From NCBI GenBank assembly GCA_039091735.1, contig JAWCLB010000003.1, forward strand, positions 1,295-62,426: DNA of 61,132 bases, given 5' to 3'. Shown piece by piece: positions 9,397 to 19,660 of this stretch; position 1 is the stretch's first letter; the number at the start of each line of letters is the position of its first letter. Below the pieces are notes generated by a model. It saw only the letters and a list, made by a program, of their open reading frames with translations, did no database searches and was not told the origin of the DNA. The stretch is from Candidatus Aenigmatarchaeota archaeon. Its GTDB lineage: Archaea > Aenigmatarchaeota > Aenigmatarchaeia > GW2011-AR5 > JAHLMP01. The translations under genes were made by a program, and so were the position numbers.

Positions 9397-9960
9397 GTAG
9401 CTTTAGCTGCGGTATTTATTGCCATAGGGGTTACTGCTTGCATTATTTTAAAGCAGAGCAAGGAACTAACCGCCATTAAATCAAATAATGAGGAAACTTC
9501 TGCACGCGATGTCAACAAAGAACCTGCTGTGACTGTAGTCTCTCAGGCAAGTTCTGAGGGCCTCCCCCTTGCTCTGACGTTATCCGTGACCCCCTTTGAT
9601 CAACAAAAGGTAGCAGTGGTTAGTGCAAAAGTCGGGAAACTACAAGGGTATCGGGCAGACTGGTTCAAGGCTACTGATGTTGCTATTCAGATTGTTCTGC
9701 CGGAAGGGTTGGCTTTAGAAAGCGGGTCGTTGACGTACCAAGGTAATCTCACAGGTGAGGAAACCCATGAGGTCAAAGCAGCAATCCGCGCAGTCCAGCT
9801 AGGAGAATGGATTCTGCAAGCTATCGCTTCTGGAGATGTCCCTCCTTATGGTCGCATCCAGGTATCAGCATTGTTGTTCATCTTAGTGCGGGAAGATTCT
9901 GTTCTCGTCAGTACGGAAGCCTTCACGCCTGAAGGGCAGGAAACGGAACCGAGAAAGTGA
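9361..9960 (+). CDS. Membrane-anchored beta-sandwich-like protein, paralog B (G+C-rich)
   Basis: 199 aa. The first 12 codons are identical to paralog A and the rest is diverged but colinear. Hand counts give 45-58% G+C for lines 9541, 9661 and 9781. Confidence 0.6.
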   Translation: MKERFMNNKILIVALAAVFIAIGVTACIILKQSKELTAIKSNNEETSARDVNKEPAVTVVSQASSEGLPLALTLSVTPFDQQKVAVVSAKVGKLQGYRADWFKATDVAIQIVLPEGLALESGSLTYQGNLTGEETHEVKAAIRAVQLGEWILQAIASGDVPPYGRIQVSALLFILVREDSVLVSTEAFTPEGQETEPRK

Positions 9961-10037
9961 AAATGCTCGATATCGAGTTCGTGAGGAAAGAGGTGGAAAG
10001 TAACCTAATGTAATTTATGGTCAAAAAAAACAGATAA

Positions 10038-11141
10038 CTAGTCCGCCTTTTTCTTGAGCTTATCAAAATCAACAACCAACTTTACAAAGCCTGTGCCAAC
10101 AGGTATAGTCTTTCCAATCATCACATTCTCAACAATGCCTTTTAGATTGTCTTCAAGGCCATAAAATCCTGCTAAAGATAGGTGCTTCTTAGTTTCTTCA
10201 AAGTTTGCTCTTGCCAAAACGCTTGGCTTTGCACCGGCAACACCATACCTTCCTATTGGTTTGGGCTTGCCATCAAAGGCCATTACATCAGCAACAAGCA
10301 TTAAATGGCGAATATCTACATCCAAACCCTGTTCATCTAATGCAGATTTAGCTTCTCTTAAGATTGCATTTCTTGCTGCCTCGATCCCAAACACTTCATA
10401 AATCTGTTCTATGTCATCTGTTGTTGTCCTTCTTTCATCAATATACTCATTTTCAAGGATTTCCTTTAGATTAGATCCAGTGGTCTTAATAATCCAGTCA
10501 TTATCTACTTTTACGACCACAACCCTACTTATTCCAGAGGTTCCGCTTATCTTTGTGTTCAACACCCTATTTTTCATTTTTCTAAGCTCTTTTATACCAC
10601 CCTCTTTCACTTGAACCAATAGCATATTTTCTCTTTTTACTACCTCACAATACTTTGACAAAATATTCTTAACCTTCTCAGCGTCTTCACTGCTTCCAAA
10701 TTCAAGACCGAACTGCATATTTAGCAAATCAATCCAACTGCTTTTTATTATATCATTTACCGTCCTCTCTTCTATTTCCTTTGCAATTCTTGTTGCCCAT
10801 TCCTTTGAGTTATATTTATCTTTGAGAAATATTGTCATTGATTTTTCAAATGTCCTTCGCAGGTCAAAAATTTCTATAAGCCTCGGCAGACCTTGAACAA
10901 TTTTTGTTAGGCCACCAACTATTGTAGCCAATGTATAAGAGCGCATAGTCATCTGGGTGGCTGGCTCAGATATGCTCTGTGCTGCTATTATTCCGATAGC
11001 CTCTCCTGGAACATACATACTTTTCTCATAAAGCTCCTGAAGTTTATCTAACAATTCCTGCCTCTTTTTTTCGTCTATATTCCTTTCATGACAAAAATGC
11101 TCAAATTCTTCCATTACCCTTTTCGGTAGTTTGTCGTCCAT
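10038..11141 (-). CDS. rpoA2: DNA-directed RNA polymerase subunit A''
   Basis: 367 aa, immediately downstream of A'. Conserved GEAIGIIAAQSISEPATQMTMRSY. Confidence 0.93.
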   Translation of the reverse strand: MDDKLPKRVMEEFEHFCHERNIDEKKRQELLDKLQELYEKSMYVPGEAIGIIAAQSISEPATQMTMRSYTLATIVGGLTKIVQGLPRLIEIFDLRRTFEKSMTIFLKDKYNSKEWATRIAKEIEERTVNDIIKSSWIDLLNMQFGLEFGSSEDAEKVKNILSKYCEVVKRENMLLVQVKEGGIKELRKMKNRVLNTKISGTSGISRVVVVKVDNDWIIKTTGSNLKEILENEYIDERRTTTDDIEQIYEVFGIEAARNAILREAKSALDEQGLDVDIRHLMLVADVMAFDGKPKPIGRYGVAGAKPSVLARANFEETKKHLSLAGFYGLEDNLKGIVENVMIGKTIPVGTGFVKLVVDFDKLKKKAD

Positions 11142-11153
11142 TCTTATCAGCCT

Positions 11154-13583
11154 TTAATATAATATCTCCAGATTGAGTTTTCCCGCATCTGCTTTTCCGG
11201 GATCAACCCCGTCTTCACCTGGCAAAAATTGTATTACCATACCGTGAGAGTCTTTGACAGTAAGATTGTTATCTACATATAAATCCTGCAGGGTATTTAT
11301 CAGGCGCCTCTCCATATATCCACTGTGCTTTGTCTGCAGAGATTTATCCATAAGGTTCTCACGAGATGATGCAGCATCAAAGAAGAATTCTATTGGGTTT
11401 AGACCTGATTTATAATTACCAAAGATAAAACCATGCATCCTCAGATCTCTTTTGCCCTTTTCGAAGTGACTTGTTGTTCTACCTACAAAACCTCTTTCTA
11501 TTATTCTACCTTCCAATACCTTTTGACCTATTATGCCAGACATTTGGGTTACGGTTACATAGCTTCCCCTTGCACCACTCTTTGCCATTATGATAACATT
11601 ATTCTCCTCCATATCATTCTTAACAATCTTACTGACCATATTAACAATCTCGCTTCCAACCGACAATATAAATCTTTCGTCCTTTTCTTTAGCTCTTCTA
11701 AACTCGTCCAACTTTTCTTCATATATTTTTTTGATTTTATTTTTTGCTTGAATTGAAATGTCAGAATCGCTTAAAGAGACAGAGAACCCTCTCATAGATA
11801 AAAACTCTAAGCCAAGCTTAGAAATCGAATCGATGAATCTTCTCGCCTCTTCGCTGCCAAACTGGAGTTCTATCCTATTTAATAGCTTTCCTTTTTGTTC
11901 TCCAATTGCGTTTTCGTCTATTACACCACTTATTAGATTGCCATCTTTTATAACAACGTTTTCGTCTTTTGTTCCAACGCCAGCAGCAGACTTGAACTCG
12001 ATATTTAAACCCTTTGGCAAAAATAGAGAAAAGAGTTCTTTGCCTGACATTGGTCTAATCTCTTTAAGCTCAAAAACAAATTCCGGACCCAAAGAGGCAA
12101 GTAATAGCTGGACTACCTCTCTTTCTTCCAATTTTTTCTCTCTTGAGAGCAAATAGCACCCTGAGATGTGGTCATGCTTCAAAGCAATCACAGGCTTTCC
12201 ATATCTTGGCGAGCGAATATGGTCTTGGACTAACATCAACTGCTCTGCTTCGATCAATGCCTCTTCGCTCTGAGGAACATGCAGATTCATCTCATCACCA
12301 TCAAAATCAGCATTATATGGTATTGTTACTGGCAAGTTCAGGGTAAATGTTCTCCATGGAGTAACCCTAACCCTGTGTGCCATCATTGACATCCTATGCA
12401 AAGAGGGTTGCCTATTAAATATAACTAAATCTCCGTCCAAGAGATGGCGTTCAACAATATAACCATCGTCAATCTCCTTTGCAAGCTCTTCCTTGTTCTC
12501 TTCAGTAACCCTCTTCCTGAGTCCATCTGGTCTTATTATATAATTCGCTCCAGGATAGTTTTTTCCATTAAGTATATATTTCCTCATTTCATCGATATTA
12601 TTTTTGTTGACTATCTTTGGTACTGTCAATTCCTTTGCAATGCACAAAGGCACGCCAACCTCATTTATTGAAATCCTTGGGTCAGGAGAGATAACATCTC
12701 TTGCAGCAAAGTTCACCCTTTTCCCTGTTAGGTTTCCCCTAAAGCGTCCCTCTTTTTTCTCTAGTCTCTGGACAAGGGTTTTTAATGCCCTTCCACTCCT
12801 GTGTCTTGCAGGCGGTATTCCTGTGAGCTCGTTGTCTATGTAAGTAGAAACATGATATTGAAGTAATTCCCAAATATCATTTATTATAAAATCAGGAGCA
12901 CCAAGCTCCATGTTTTTCTTTAATCTATCATTAATTCGGACAATATCAACTAATTTGTGGGTTAAATCGTCTTCGCTTTTGCCACCTGTCTCAAATGTTA
13001 TAGAAGGTCTGACAGTTACTGGTGGTATTGGCAACACAGTTATTACAAGCCACTCCGGTCTCCCTCCTCTTATTTTAAGGGTTTCCAGATCTTCATCAGC
13101 AATCTTTTCCAGTCTTTCCCTTATCTCTTCAGGAGTAAGCCTTTTCTCGCCTTCGAGTATAGTTGTAGGTTTTTCAAACTTGAGCTCTTTTTGACTTTCT
13201 TTGCAGTATGGACACTTTTTTATTTTTGCTACAGACTTGAGAATTTCTTTTAAGCTCTTCTTTTCTTTGGTGTTATCCACAAGCAATCGCGAACACTTTC
13301 TGCATGTTAATTTCAAAAGGATAAAGATTTTCTTTGCATATAACGGATTGATCACAGGTTTAACTAGCTCTAAATAGCCAAAGTGTCCCAAGCATTGCCC
13401 TATTGTTCCATTGCATACCCTGCACCGCATTCCTGGATCAATCACACCCAATCTCAAATCTCTTAACCCAGACTCTACAGGAAAGCCATCGGCATCATAA
13501 AGTTCAGGGCTCGTGATTTCGCAGCTTGACATCTTTTTTATTATAGCGGGTGACAACAACCCGAATTCTATTGATTTTATCAC
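11154..13583 (-). CDS. rpoA1: DNA-directed RNA polymerase subunit A'
   Basis: 809 aa. N-terminal zinc motif CRVCNGTIGQCLGHFGYLEL and catalytic NADFDGDEMN. Confidence 0.95.
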   Translation of the reverse strand: MIKSIEFGLLSPAIIKKMSSCEITSPELYDADGFPVESGLRDLRLGVIDPGMRCRVCNGTIGQCLGHFGYLELVKPVINPLYAKKIFILLKLTCRKCSRLLVDNTKEKKSLKEILKSVAKIKKCPYCKESQKELKFEKPTTILEGEKRLTPEEIRERLEKIADEDLETLKIRGGRPEWLVITVLPIPPVTVRPSITFETGGKSEDDLTHKLVDIVRINDRLKKNMELGAPDFIINDIWELLQYHVSTYIDNELTGIPPARHRSGRALKTLVQRLEKKEGRFRGNLTGKRVNFAARDVISPDPRISINEVGVPLCIAKELTVPKIVNKNNIDEMRKYILNGKNYPGANYIIRPDGLRKRVTEENKEELAKEIDDGYIVERHLLDGDLVIFNRQPSLHRMSMMAHRVRVTPWRTFTLNLPVTIPYNADFDGDEMNLHVPQSEEALIEAEQLMLVQDHIRSPRYGKPVIALKHDHISGCYLLSREKKLEEREVVQLLLASLGPEFVFELKEIRPMSGKELFSLFLPKGLNIEFKSAAGVGTKDENVVIKDGNLISGVIDENAIGEQKGKLLNRIELQFGSEEARRFIDSISKLGLEFLSMRGFSVSLSDSDISIQAKNKIKKIYEEKLDEFRRAKEKDERFILSVGSEIVNMVSKIVKNDMEENNVIIMAKSGARGSYVTVTQMSGIIGQKVLEGRIIERGFVGRTTSHFEKGKRDLRMHGFIFGNYKSGLNPIEFFFDAASSRENLMDKSLQTKHSGYMERRLINTLQDLYVDNNLTVKDSHGMVIQFLPGEDGVDPGKADAGKLNLEILY

Positions 13584-13593
13584 TATATATCAC

Positions 13594-16500
13594 CTACCTA
13601 AATTTTATTTTTGGATAAATGCCCATACACTTTAACTCGTTGAGCATTAGGTTAAAGGCATAACTCATCTCAACATCTATTATCTTGCTCTTCTTACAAA
13701 CAGGACAATATTTTCTGCCTTTTGCAAAATCATGAATTGCAACTAGTCCGCATCTCTCACATATGGGTATTATTGCCTTGTCAGAAGAGAACCTCTCTTT
13801 AAGCAGGAGAGCAGCACCATGTGCAATCAAGCAGTCTTTTTCCATCTCGCCTAGTCTCAGTCCGCCCTGTTTTGACCTTCCTTCTGTCGGCTGCTTTGTC
13901 AATAGAGTTACAGGACCTCTTGCCCTAACTTGTAGCTTGTTTGCAACCATGTGATGAAGCTTTTGATAAAATAATGGCCCGATTAAAATCGGGCATTCAT
14001 ATGCCATTCCTGTAATCCCATTAAATAGAATCTCCCTTCCGTCATCTATGAAACCATTTTCTTTTAGTTTTGCCCTCATAATCTCCTCTGGAGTTTCATT
14101 AAATATGCTTCCATTTACTTTTTCACATGTTATGGCTGAAATCTTTGCTCCCAAAATCTCTAATAATTGTCCCAAGGTCATTCTCGAAGGGATTGCGTGT
14201 GGATTTATGATAATGTCAGGAATTATGCCATCAGCAGTAAAAGGCATATCCTCTTGTGGAACAATCAGAGAGATAACACCCTTTTGGCCATGCCTTGTTG
14301 CAAATTTGTCGCCGAGTTCGGGTATTCTCTGGTCCCTTACAGTAACCTTAACTAATTTATTTCCATCTATTGTTTCGGTCAACAAGACCTTATCAACTAC
14401 ACCTGACTCTTCATGCCTTATTGTTTCTGATGTCTCGTATCTGTTCTGGGTTTCTAGTAAAAAACTCTCTGCTGGACCAAAAAAGCGTAGGGGAGAGGTT
14501 TTGCCAATTAAAACATCGTCGCTTTCAACCCTTGACTCTGGGTGTATTATTCCGTCCTTATCAAGCCATTTATAGCTATCTTCTTGCCTGTAACCCCTAA
14601 TGCCTTTTGGTGGTATCCTAATCTCATCTCTTTCTATTGCCCAGTATTTTCTCTCTTCTGCCTCATATGTCCTGAAAAATAAACTTCTTCCAAGTCCTCG
14701 TTCTATAGAGGCTTTGTTCAATATTATGGCATCCTCCATGTTATAACCATAAAAGCTCATCATAGCTACAACCAGATTCTGACCCTGCGCATGTTCTTCC
14801 AGCCCAATCTCTCTGGAGACAGTGGTATCAACAAGAGGTGTCTGAGGATAGATAAGGATATCTGACTTCGTGTCTGCTCTCAATAAAAAGTTGGTTGAAT
14901 AGATTCCTAATGCTTGGCCACACATTTTTGCGCCTATGTTAACCCTGTCTCCTCGATTATGATTGGGGAACGGTATTATATTAGCTGAGATTCCAAGGAC
15001 AGACCCTGGGTTTATTTCAAGATGAGTGTGATTGCTTGTAATATCACTCTCAAACAAAGCGACAAGCGCATTATCCTCCTCTTCAGCATCTAAATACTCT
15101 ATTATACCTTGCTTAACCAAGTCATTCCACCTCAACTTATTTTCTTTCAATGCCTCTATGTGTTTTGGGGTTAGCCTCGGTTTCCCGTTTTCAATGATTA
15201 TTAATGGTCTTTCCAATCTTCCAGCATCACAATTGATCCTAACCTCATTAAGATCTTCGAGCCAAGAAATACCAATATATGGGCTCAGTAAACCCAACCT
15301 CCTTTTCTGCCTCAATTTCTCAACCAATTCTATTGGTTTGTCTGTTTTGCCAACTAACCGTCCGTTTAAGAATATTGGATATTTACCGTTCTCACTACCT
15401 ATTAACTCATAAATGGCCTTTATGTCTTCTTTATTAGCAGACTGAGAAATTATTCCAAAAATCGCAAGATATTTTCTCAAACCTATGTTTATACCCTCTG
15501 GTGTTTCTTCAGCACATAATCTTCCAAATTGCGTCGGATGAAGTGCCCTTGCCCTGAAATGCTCTTGTGTAGAAGATAATGGAGAAAGGACATTTCTTAG
15601 GTGTTCAATTGTCCTTACCCAATTTGTTCTTTCTAATCTCTGGCATATGCCTGTTAAGCCACCAATCCACTGACCAGTTGCCATATGAGACGATATCCTA
15701 TTTGTTAAGTATCCACCCTCTATAATAGATTGAAGAGATGGAAGTTTCCCTCTTTTAGACATTCTTTGATATCGATAGACAATTCTCGTCATTAAGCCAT
15801 ATTTTCCCATAAGCACAGACCTGAATAGTGTTTCTAGAAAGTCTCCAACACATCGTATTCTCTTGTTTCCATAATGGTCAATATCCTGCTCCTTAATCTC
15901 ACCTGCTCCAAGCATGATGAGCTTGCTTGCAATCAGGCAAAGATAAAGTGCCTTCTCTTTTCTGTTTTTCTTTTCTTGACCAATATGCGGAAGCAGATAT
16001 TTGTCCAAGATATCATTTACCCTGCTAATCTTTTCTTGAAAAATATGCAACTTCTTTGCAATATATACCTTTGCCTCCTCAGATGATTTTATCTCATATT
16101 CTCCCAAATTATAATACAAATCCTCTTCCATTCTTTGTGTTGGTGAGATGGCATCTATAATCTCTTTATCTGTTTCTAAACCCAATGCTCTCAATAAAAT
16201 AACTAATGGAAGTTTCTTCACATTTGCAAATGAGATGTAGAGTATTCCGTTTCTTCTTTCTATAAGGTGCATCTGGATAAATCCTGACGATTCTGAATTA
16301 ATTCTTGCTATCTCTATCCCTTTCCTGTTTTCTATAATAGGTAAATTTGATAGAATCTGCTCACTCATTACTATGACTCTCTCTGTCCCGTTTATAATGA
16401 AATATCCTCCAGGGTCATCTGGGTCTTCGCCGAGTTCTATCAGCTTTTCTCTGCTCAGTCCGCTCAATATGCATTTATCTGATTTAAGCATTATTGGAAG

Positions 16501-16854
16501 GTCGCCAATCTTTACATCCTGTTTCTCCTGCTCGATTCCATTTATTATAGGTATCATCTCCACCAAAATCGGAGCACTATAAGTCATGTTCCTAATCCTA
16601 GCTTCAGCTGGAGTAATAGAACGAATTGCGCCATCTGCTTCCTTAATGCATGGCTTTTCTACTCTAACCCTTCCTAATCTTATTCTGAATTCGCCAGTTT
16701 CTACCTCTAATGGTATCTCTTTTATCTCATCTATTATTTTCTGCAATCTAACATTTACAAACTCATTGAAAGAGTTTATTTGGTGGTTAATCCAACCTAC
16801 ATCTTTTATGAACGCTTTCAATAATACCTCATATGAGTCTGTGTTCCCGTTCAT
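13594..16854 (-). CDS. rpoB: DNA-directed RNA polymerase subunit B (unsplit)
   Basis: 1086 aa. GDKFATRHGQKGV, LRLGEMEKDC, and a C-terminal zinc ribbon CERCG...CPVCK. Confidence 0.95.
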   Translation of the reverse strand: MNGNTDSYEVLLKAFIKDVGWINHQINSFNEFVNVRLQKIIDEIKEIPLEVETGEFRIRLGRVRVEKPCIKEADGAIRSITPAEARIRNMTYSAPILVEMIPIINGIEQEKQDVKIGDLPIMLKSDKCILSGLSREKLIELGEDPDDPGGYFIINGTERVIVMSEQILSNLPIIENRKGIEIARINSESSGFIQMHLIERRNGILYISFANVKKLPLVILLRALGLETDKEIIDAISPTQRMEEDLYYNLGEYEIKSSEEAKVYIAKKLHIFQEKISRVNDILDKYLLPHIGQEKKNRKEKALYLCLIASKLIMLGAGEIKEQDIDHYGNKRIRCVGDFLETLFRSVLMGKYGLMTRIVYRYQRMSKRGKLPSLQSIIEGGYLTNRISSHMATGQWIGGLTGICQRLERTNWVRTIEHLRNVLSPLSSTQEHFRARALHPTQFGRLCAEETPEGINIGLRKYLAIFGIISQSANKEDIKAIYELIGSENGKYPIFLNGRLVGKTDKPIELVEKLRQKRRLGLLSPYIGISWLEDLNEVRINCDAGRLERPLIIIENGKPRLTPKHIEALKENKLRWNDLVKQGIIEYLDAEEEDNALVALFESDITSNHTHLEINPGSVLGISANIIPFPNHNRGDRVNIGAKMCGQALGIYSTNFLLRADTKSDILIYPQTPLVDTTVSREIGLEEHAQGQNLVVAMMSFYGYNMEDAIILNKASIERGLGRSLFFRTYEAEERKYWAIERDEIRIPPKGIRGYRQEDSYKWLDKDGIIHPESRVESDDVLIGKTSPLRFFGPAESFLLETQNRYETSETIRHEESGVVDKVLLTETIDGNKLVKVTVRDQRIPELGDKFATRHGQKGVISLIVPQEDMPFTADGIIPDIIINPHAIPSRMTLGQLLEILGAKISAITCEKVNGSIFNETPEEIMRAKLKENGFIDDGREILFNGITGMAYECPILIGPLFYQKLHHMVANKLQVRARGPVTLLTKQPTEGRSKQGGLRLGEMEKDCLIAHGAALLLKERFSSDKAIIPICERCGLVAIHDFAKGRKYCPVCKKSKIIDVEMSYAFNLMLNELKCMGIYPKIKFR

Positions 16855-16869
16855 AAAGCATCATATATT

Positions 16870-17103
16870 TTAGATAACTAATCGATAGTAATAATATTTG
16901 CCGGCTGTGGGAGATTTTCTTGTAATTCTAATTACATCACCCTTTTTTGCTCCTATTGCCTTAGCTGCTGGATCGCTCGAGAGAATCTTAGGCAGCTGCC
17001 TCTCAGTTATATTCAACCTTTTCAATAGCTCTTCCTTATCTTGATCACTAAGGATTTCATGCTTTGGTACGAGCTCGTTTTTAAAGATGTCTATACCAGC
17101 CAA
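16870..17103 (-). CDS. rpoH: DNA-directed RNA polymerase subunit H (Rpo5)
   Basis: 77 aa at the head of the rpoH-B-A'-A'' operon. [21 protein letters not shown]...LPKI...DP. Confidence 0.9.
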   Translation of the reverse strand: MAGIDIFKNELVPKHEILSDQDKEELLKRLNITERQLPKILSSDPAAKAIGAKKGDVIRITRKSPTAGKYYYYRLVI

Positions 17104-17508
17104 GCAAACACCTTCATAAGAATATCATTCAATATAATCAACACAATTTGGATAAACTAAATACTTCTATGCAAAAATATTTAAACTTTTTGGTAGCTAA
17201 AAAATGGGACATAACTTTTTGATAAGACTTATATTTCAAAAAATTTTTCTTTTCATTTTATTCGCAAGTTCTCTATTTGTGTGCAAACTCGATCAATAGA
17301 ATTTTTAATAATGCCTCTATTTGAACCACGAGCTAAAGCACAGAGATTTCACGTGCATGGAATATTGCAAAATAATTTCTGGTTGTTTCTTCTCTGTCAA
17401 AAGAATCATTAAAGCTGCTCCACAGATTTTTTGGTGCCTCATAAGAAGCTCTGTGTTTAAAAGAACAAAAAAATGTAACCATAATTAATAAATTAAGTCA
17501 CCTCCTAG

Positions 17509-18822
17509 CTAAGACTCACAGACCCTATAATATCCATTGTCATATATTCTATTCCAATCTTTGCAGTCATGTGTTGTAAATGCTAAATTAATGCCCCACT
17601 TTCTCGCAATAGATAGGTTACCTGTAAGTCCGAATTCTATTGCATCTCGTAACTTCTCTTCATCGGCATATTCGACATATAAATCTGCAAGAACCTTTTT
17701 TTGCGCAATAAATGTTATTGCATGGCCAAAAATCGGGTCTGCTATTATTTCTTCTTCACTTGTGTTTAATAAAGAGTTTATTGCCATAAAGGTTTCCTTT
17801 GACAAATAGCTACCTAGATTATCAGTATAACACAAAATGAAGACAGAGGAAGCAAAGTTAAGAAAGATTATTATCAACAAAAGCATTGCTGTCTTTTTAT
17901 TTTCTATTAACCTTGCTACTAGCAATGCGCTCAGAAAAGATATTATTATGTTGACCCTAAAGGATATCAGAGAATAAAATAACAAAAAGAACAATACGAG
18001 TGCTGAAAGCAATCTTGTTTCTTTTCTCAAAAATCCTATAAATAAACTACACACGATTATGGGGATTAAAAGAACGAACTCGTCCGACAATCTAAGACCG
18101 CCACTTAATAACCATCCCCACTCTTCAGGTAATGCAGCGCGAGGCAAGCTAAGGTTAAGAAGAATTGGCAAATAAATAATGAGAGCGATGATTAGAGGCA
18201 GAAGCAGCATCTCTGCATTAAAAGAATCTATTTTAAAAGTTGATAATATTCCAAGGAAAAATATTATAAATAAGAATAAGGAGAATGGATGAATGAGAGC
18301 AGATGCACCAAGCAGAATACCACTTAGAATTTGCTTTTTGCTATCATTCTTATCGATTGCAAATCCCAAAGAAAAAAATAGTAGTGCTAATGACGAAACA
18401 TGCAAAAGATGGGCACTTAGTAGTGTGAATACGAATAAAGATGATGAGAAGAAAAGGATTACCAAAAGTCTATTTACCATTCTTAATTTCAGCTTCCCTG
18501 TCAAAAACACCAATGAGATTACAAAAGCAATGTTGGAGAAAAGCTCAAACACAATATCTCCTATCAAATCATAGTTCAAAGATAGCAACCACAAAAATGT
18601 TGCCTTTAATGTGAAATATCCAGGTGGGTATGTCATTTTCCGACCAAGATAACTAAGGTTGTCCCATTCTGGAACATGCGCATTGTAAAAGGTTTCCCTT
18701 GCCTGTCTTTCATAGTACACGTTCCATAGCGTATTCTGAGTCACAGAAATAAACTTTGGAATATTTGCAAATACTAAAATTACAAATAGGCTTATTATTA
18801 GCAGTTTCATATCCTCAGACAT
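17509..18822 (-). CDS. Polytopic membrane protein, possible GT-C-type glycosyltransferase
   Basis: 437 aa with more than 10 predicted TM segments. The first loop, EWDNLSYLGRKMTYPPGYF, resembles the STT3/ArnT-type EL1 loop. No WWDYG motif seen. The functional call is weak. Confidence 0.45.
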   Translation of the reverse strand: MSEDMKLLIISLFVILVFANIPKFISVTQNTLWNVYYERQARETFYNAHVPEWDNLSYLGRKMTYPPGYFTLKATFLWLLSLNYDLIGDIVFELFSNIAFVISLVFLTGKLKLRMVNRLLVILFFSSSLFVFTLLSAHLLHVSSLALLFFSLGFAIDKNDSKKQILSGILLGASALIHPFSLFLFIIFFLGILSTFKIDSFNAEMLLLPLIIALIIYLPILLNLSLPRAALPEEWGWLLSGGLRLSDEFVLLIPIIVCSLFIGFLRKETRLLSALVLFFLLFYSLISFRVNIIISFLSALLVARLIENKKTAMLLLIIIFLNFASSVFILCYTDNLGSYLSKETFMAINSLLNTSEEEIIADPIFGHAITFIAQKKVLADLYVEYADEEKLRDAIEFGLTGNLSIARKWGINLAFTTHDCKDWNRIYDNGYYRVCES

Positions 18823-19622
18823 AAAATCACTATCAAAATTGAAGCTGCGAGGGTTGGAAAGAATATTTCTGTACCAAGCTTGTCAAACACGAAAGGTAGT
18901 ATGACTAAGAGAGCAAGTGAGGCTGCAAAGAGCAAAGACAGAAACTCTAAATTAAACCCTTTTCGAAAAAGTATGAATGCAAAAAAAGCGAATAAGATTA
19001 GACCTATCGGAAAATGTAATTCACGATTCCTAACAAAGATTTCTCTTTCAATAGATTCATTAGCTATCTCAGCCCTGAGATTATGAGTTCCATAATCAGT
19101 AATCCTCATTGCTTCTGAAAAGCTCTTGGTCTCTAAAGGTCCAACCTTTACTGGAATACTCTTCACGTGCTTTCCATCTACAAACAAATTCAAAAAATAT
19201 ACATGACCTTTGCAAACGCTATTTGTAAATGAAACATTAACATCGAATGATTCATATTGCTCAATTGTCTTCGGGATACTCAAAACGACTTCTTGTTTCT
19301 TGGTCTCACTGCATGGATAGTTCATCTTTCTAAAGACGAATGATAAAAACCTTTCATCTGAATTTATCCTTATTTTAGATTCTCCTATCGAAACATTATC
19401 TAAGCAGATTGATTTATTGGATGTATTAAACAGAAGGTTATCATTTAAGTAAATAGTTGATTCGTTGCCACCAGAATATTTGAAACACAAGCTTTGACCT
19501 TCAAAAATCAAATAATCCCTTTCTAGCAGACTCATCTCTGTTATATTAGCTGGTTTTCGAAACTCTATCAAATAAAGAGAACTCACACACATGAGAAGAG
19601 CAAACAAGATTACCTCTTTCAT
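18807..19622 (-). CDS. Hypothetical secreted/membrane protein (Ig-like domains, C-terminal TMs)
   Basis: 271 aa. Overlaps the downstream membrane protein by 16 nt, which implies an operon. Signal peptide, N-x-S/T-rich region, two C-terminal TM segments. Confidence 0.5.
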   Translation of the reverse strand: MKEVILFALLMCVSSLYLIEFRKPANITEMSLLERDYLIFEGQSLCFKYSGGNESTIYLNDNLLFNTSNKSICLDNVSIGESKIRINSDERFLSFVFRKMNYPCSETKKQEVVLSIPKTIEQYESFDVNVSFTNSVCKGHVYFLNLFVDGKHVKSIPVKVGPLETKSFSEAMRITDYGTHNLRAEIANESIEREIFVRNRELHFPIGLILFAFFAFILFRKGFNLEFLSLLFAASLALLVILPFVFDKLGTEIFFPTLAASILIVILCLRI

Positions 19623-19660
19623 AAAGTTTATTTAAAAGAAGAAAATATTAATCCTCTTTT

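Noticed and set aside
8379-9960. Diversity-generating retroelement (DGR) as the explanation for the two paralogs
   Set aside because: No reverse transcriptase gene is present, and no template/variable repeat pair with A-specific mismatches. The identity is at the 5' end, whereas DGR variable regions are C-terminal.
11433-16873. Many + strand ORFs of 60-175 aa inside the rpoA'/rpoB region
   Set aside because: All are antisense to long genes with strong motifs. Their translations are Ser/Leu/Phe-rich low-complexity sequence, typical of shadow ORFs in AT-rich DNA. The same reasoning applies to 29993-30547(-), 39239-39652(-), 48923-49369(-), 4523-5368(+), 25268-25741(+) and similar entries.
17104-17508. 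Possible 52-codon minus-strand ORF (MVTFFCSFKHRASYEAPKNLW...) in the 400-nt gap upstream of rpoH
   Set aside because: No motif and no obvious promoter or ribosome-binding-site context could be judged by eye. The region is treated as the rpoH promoter/leader.
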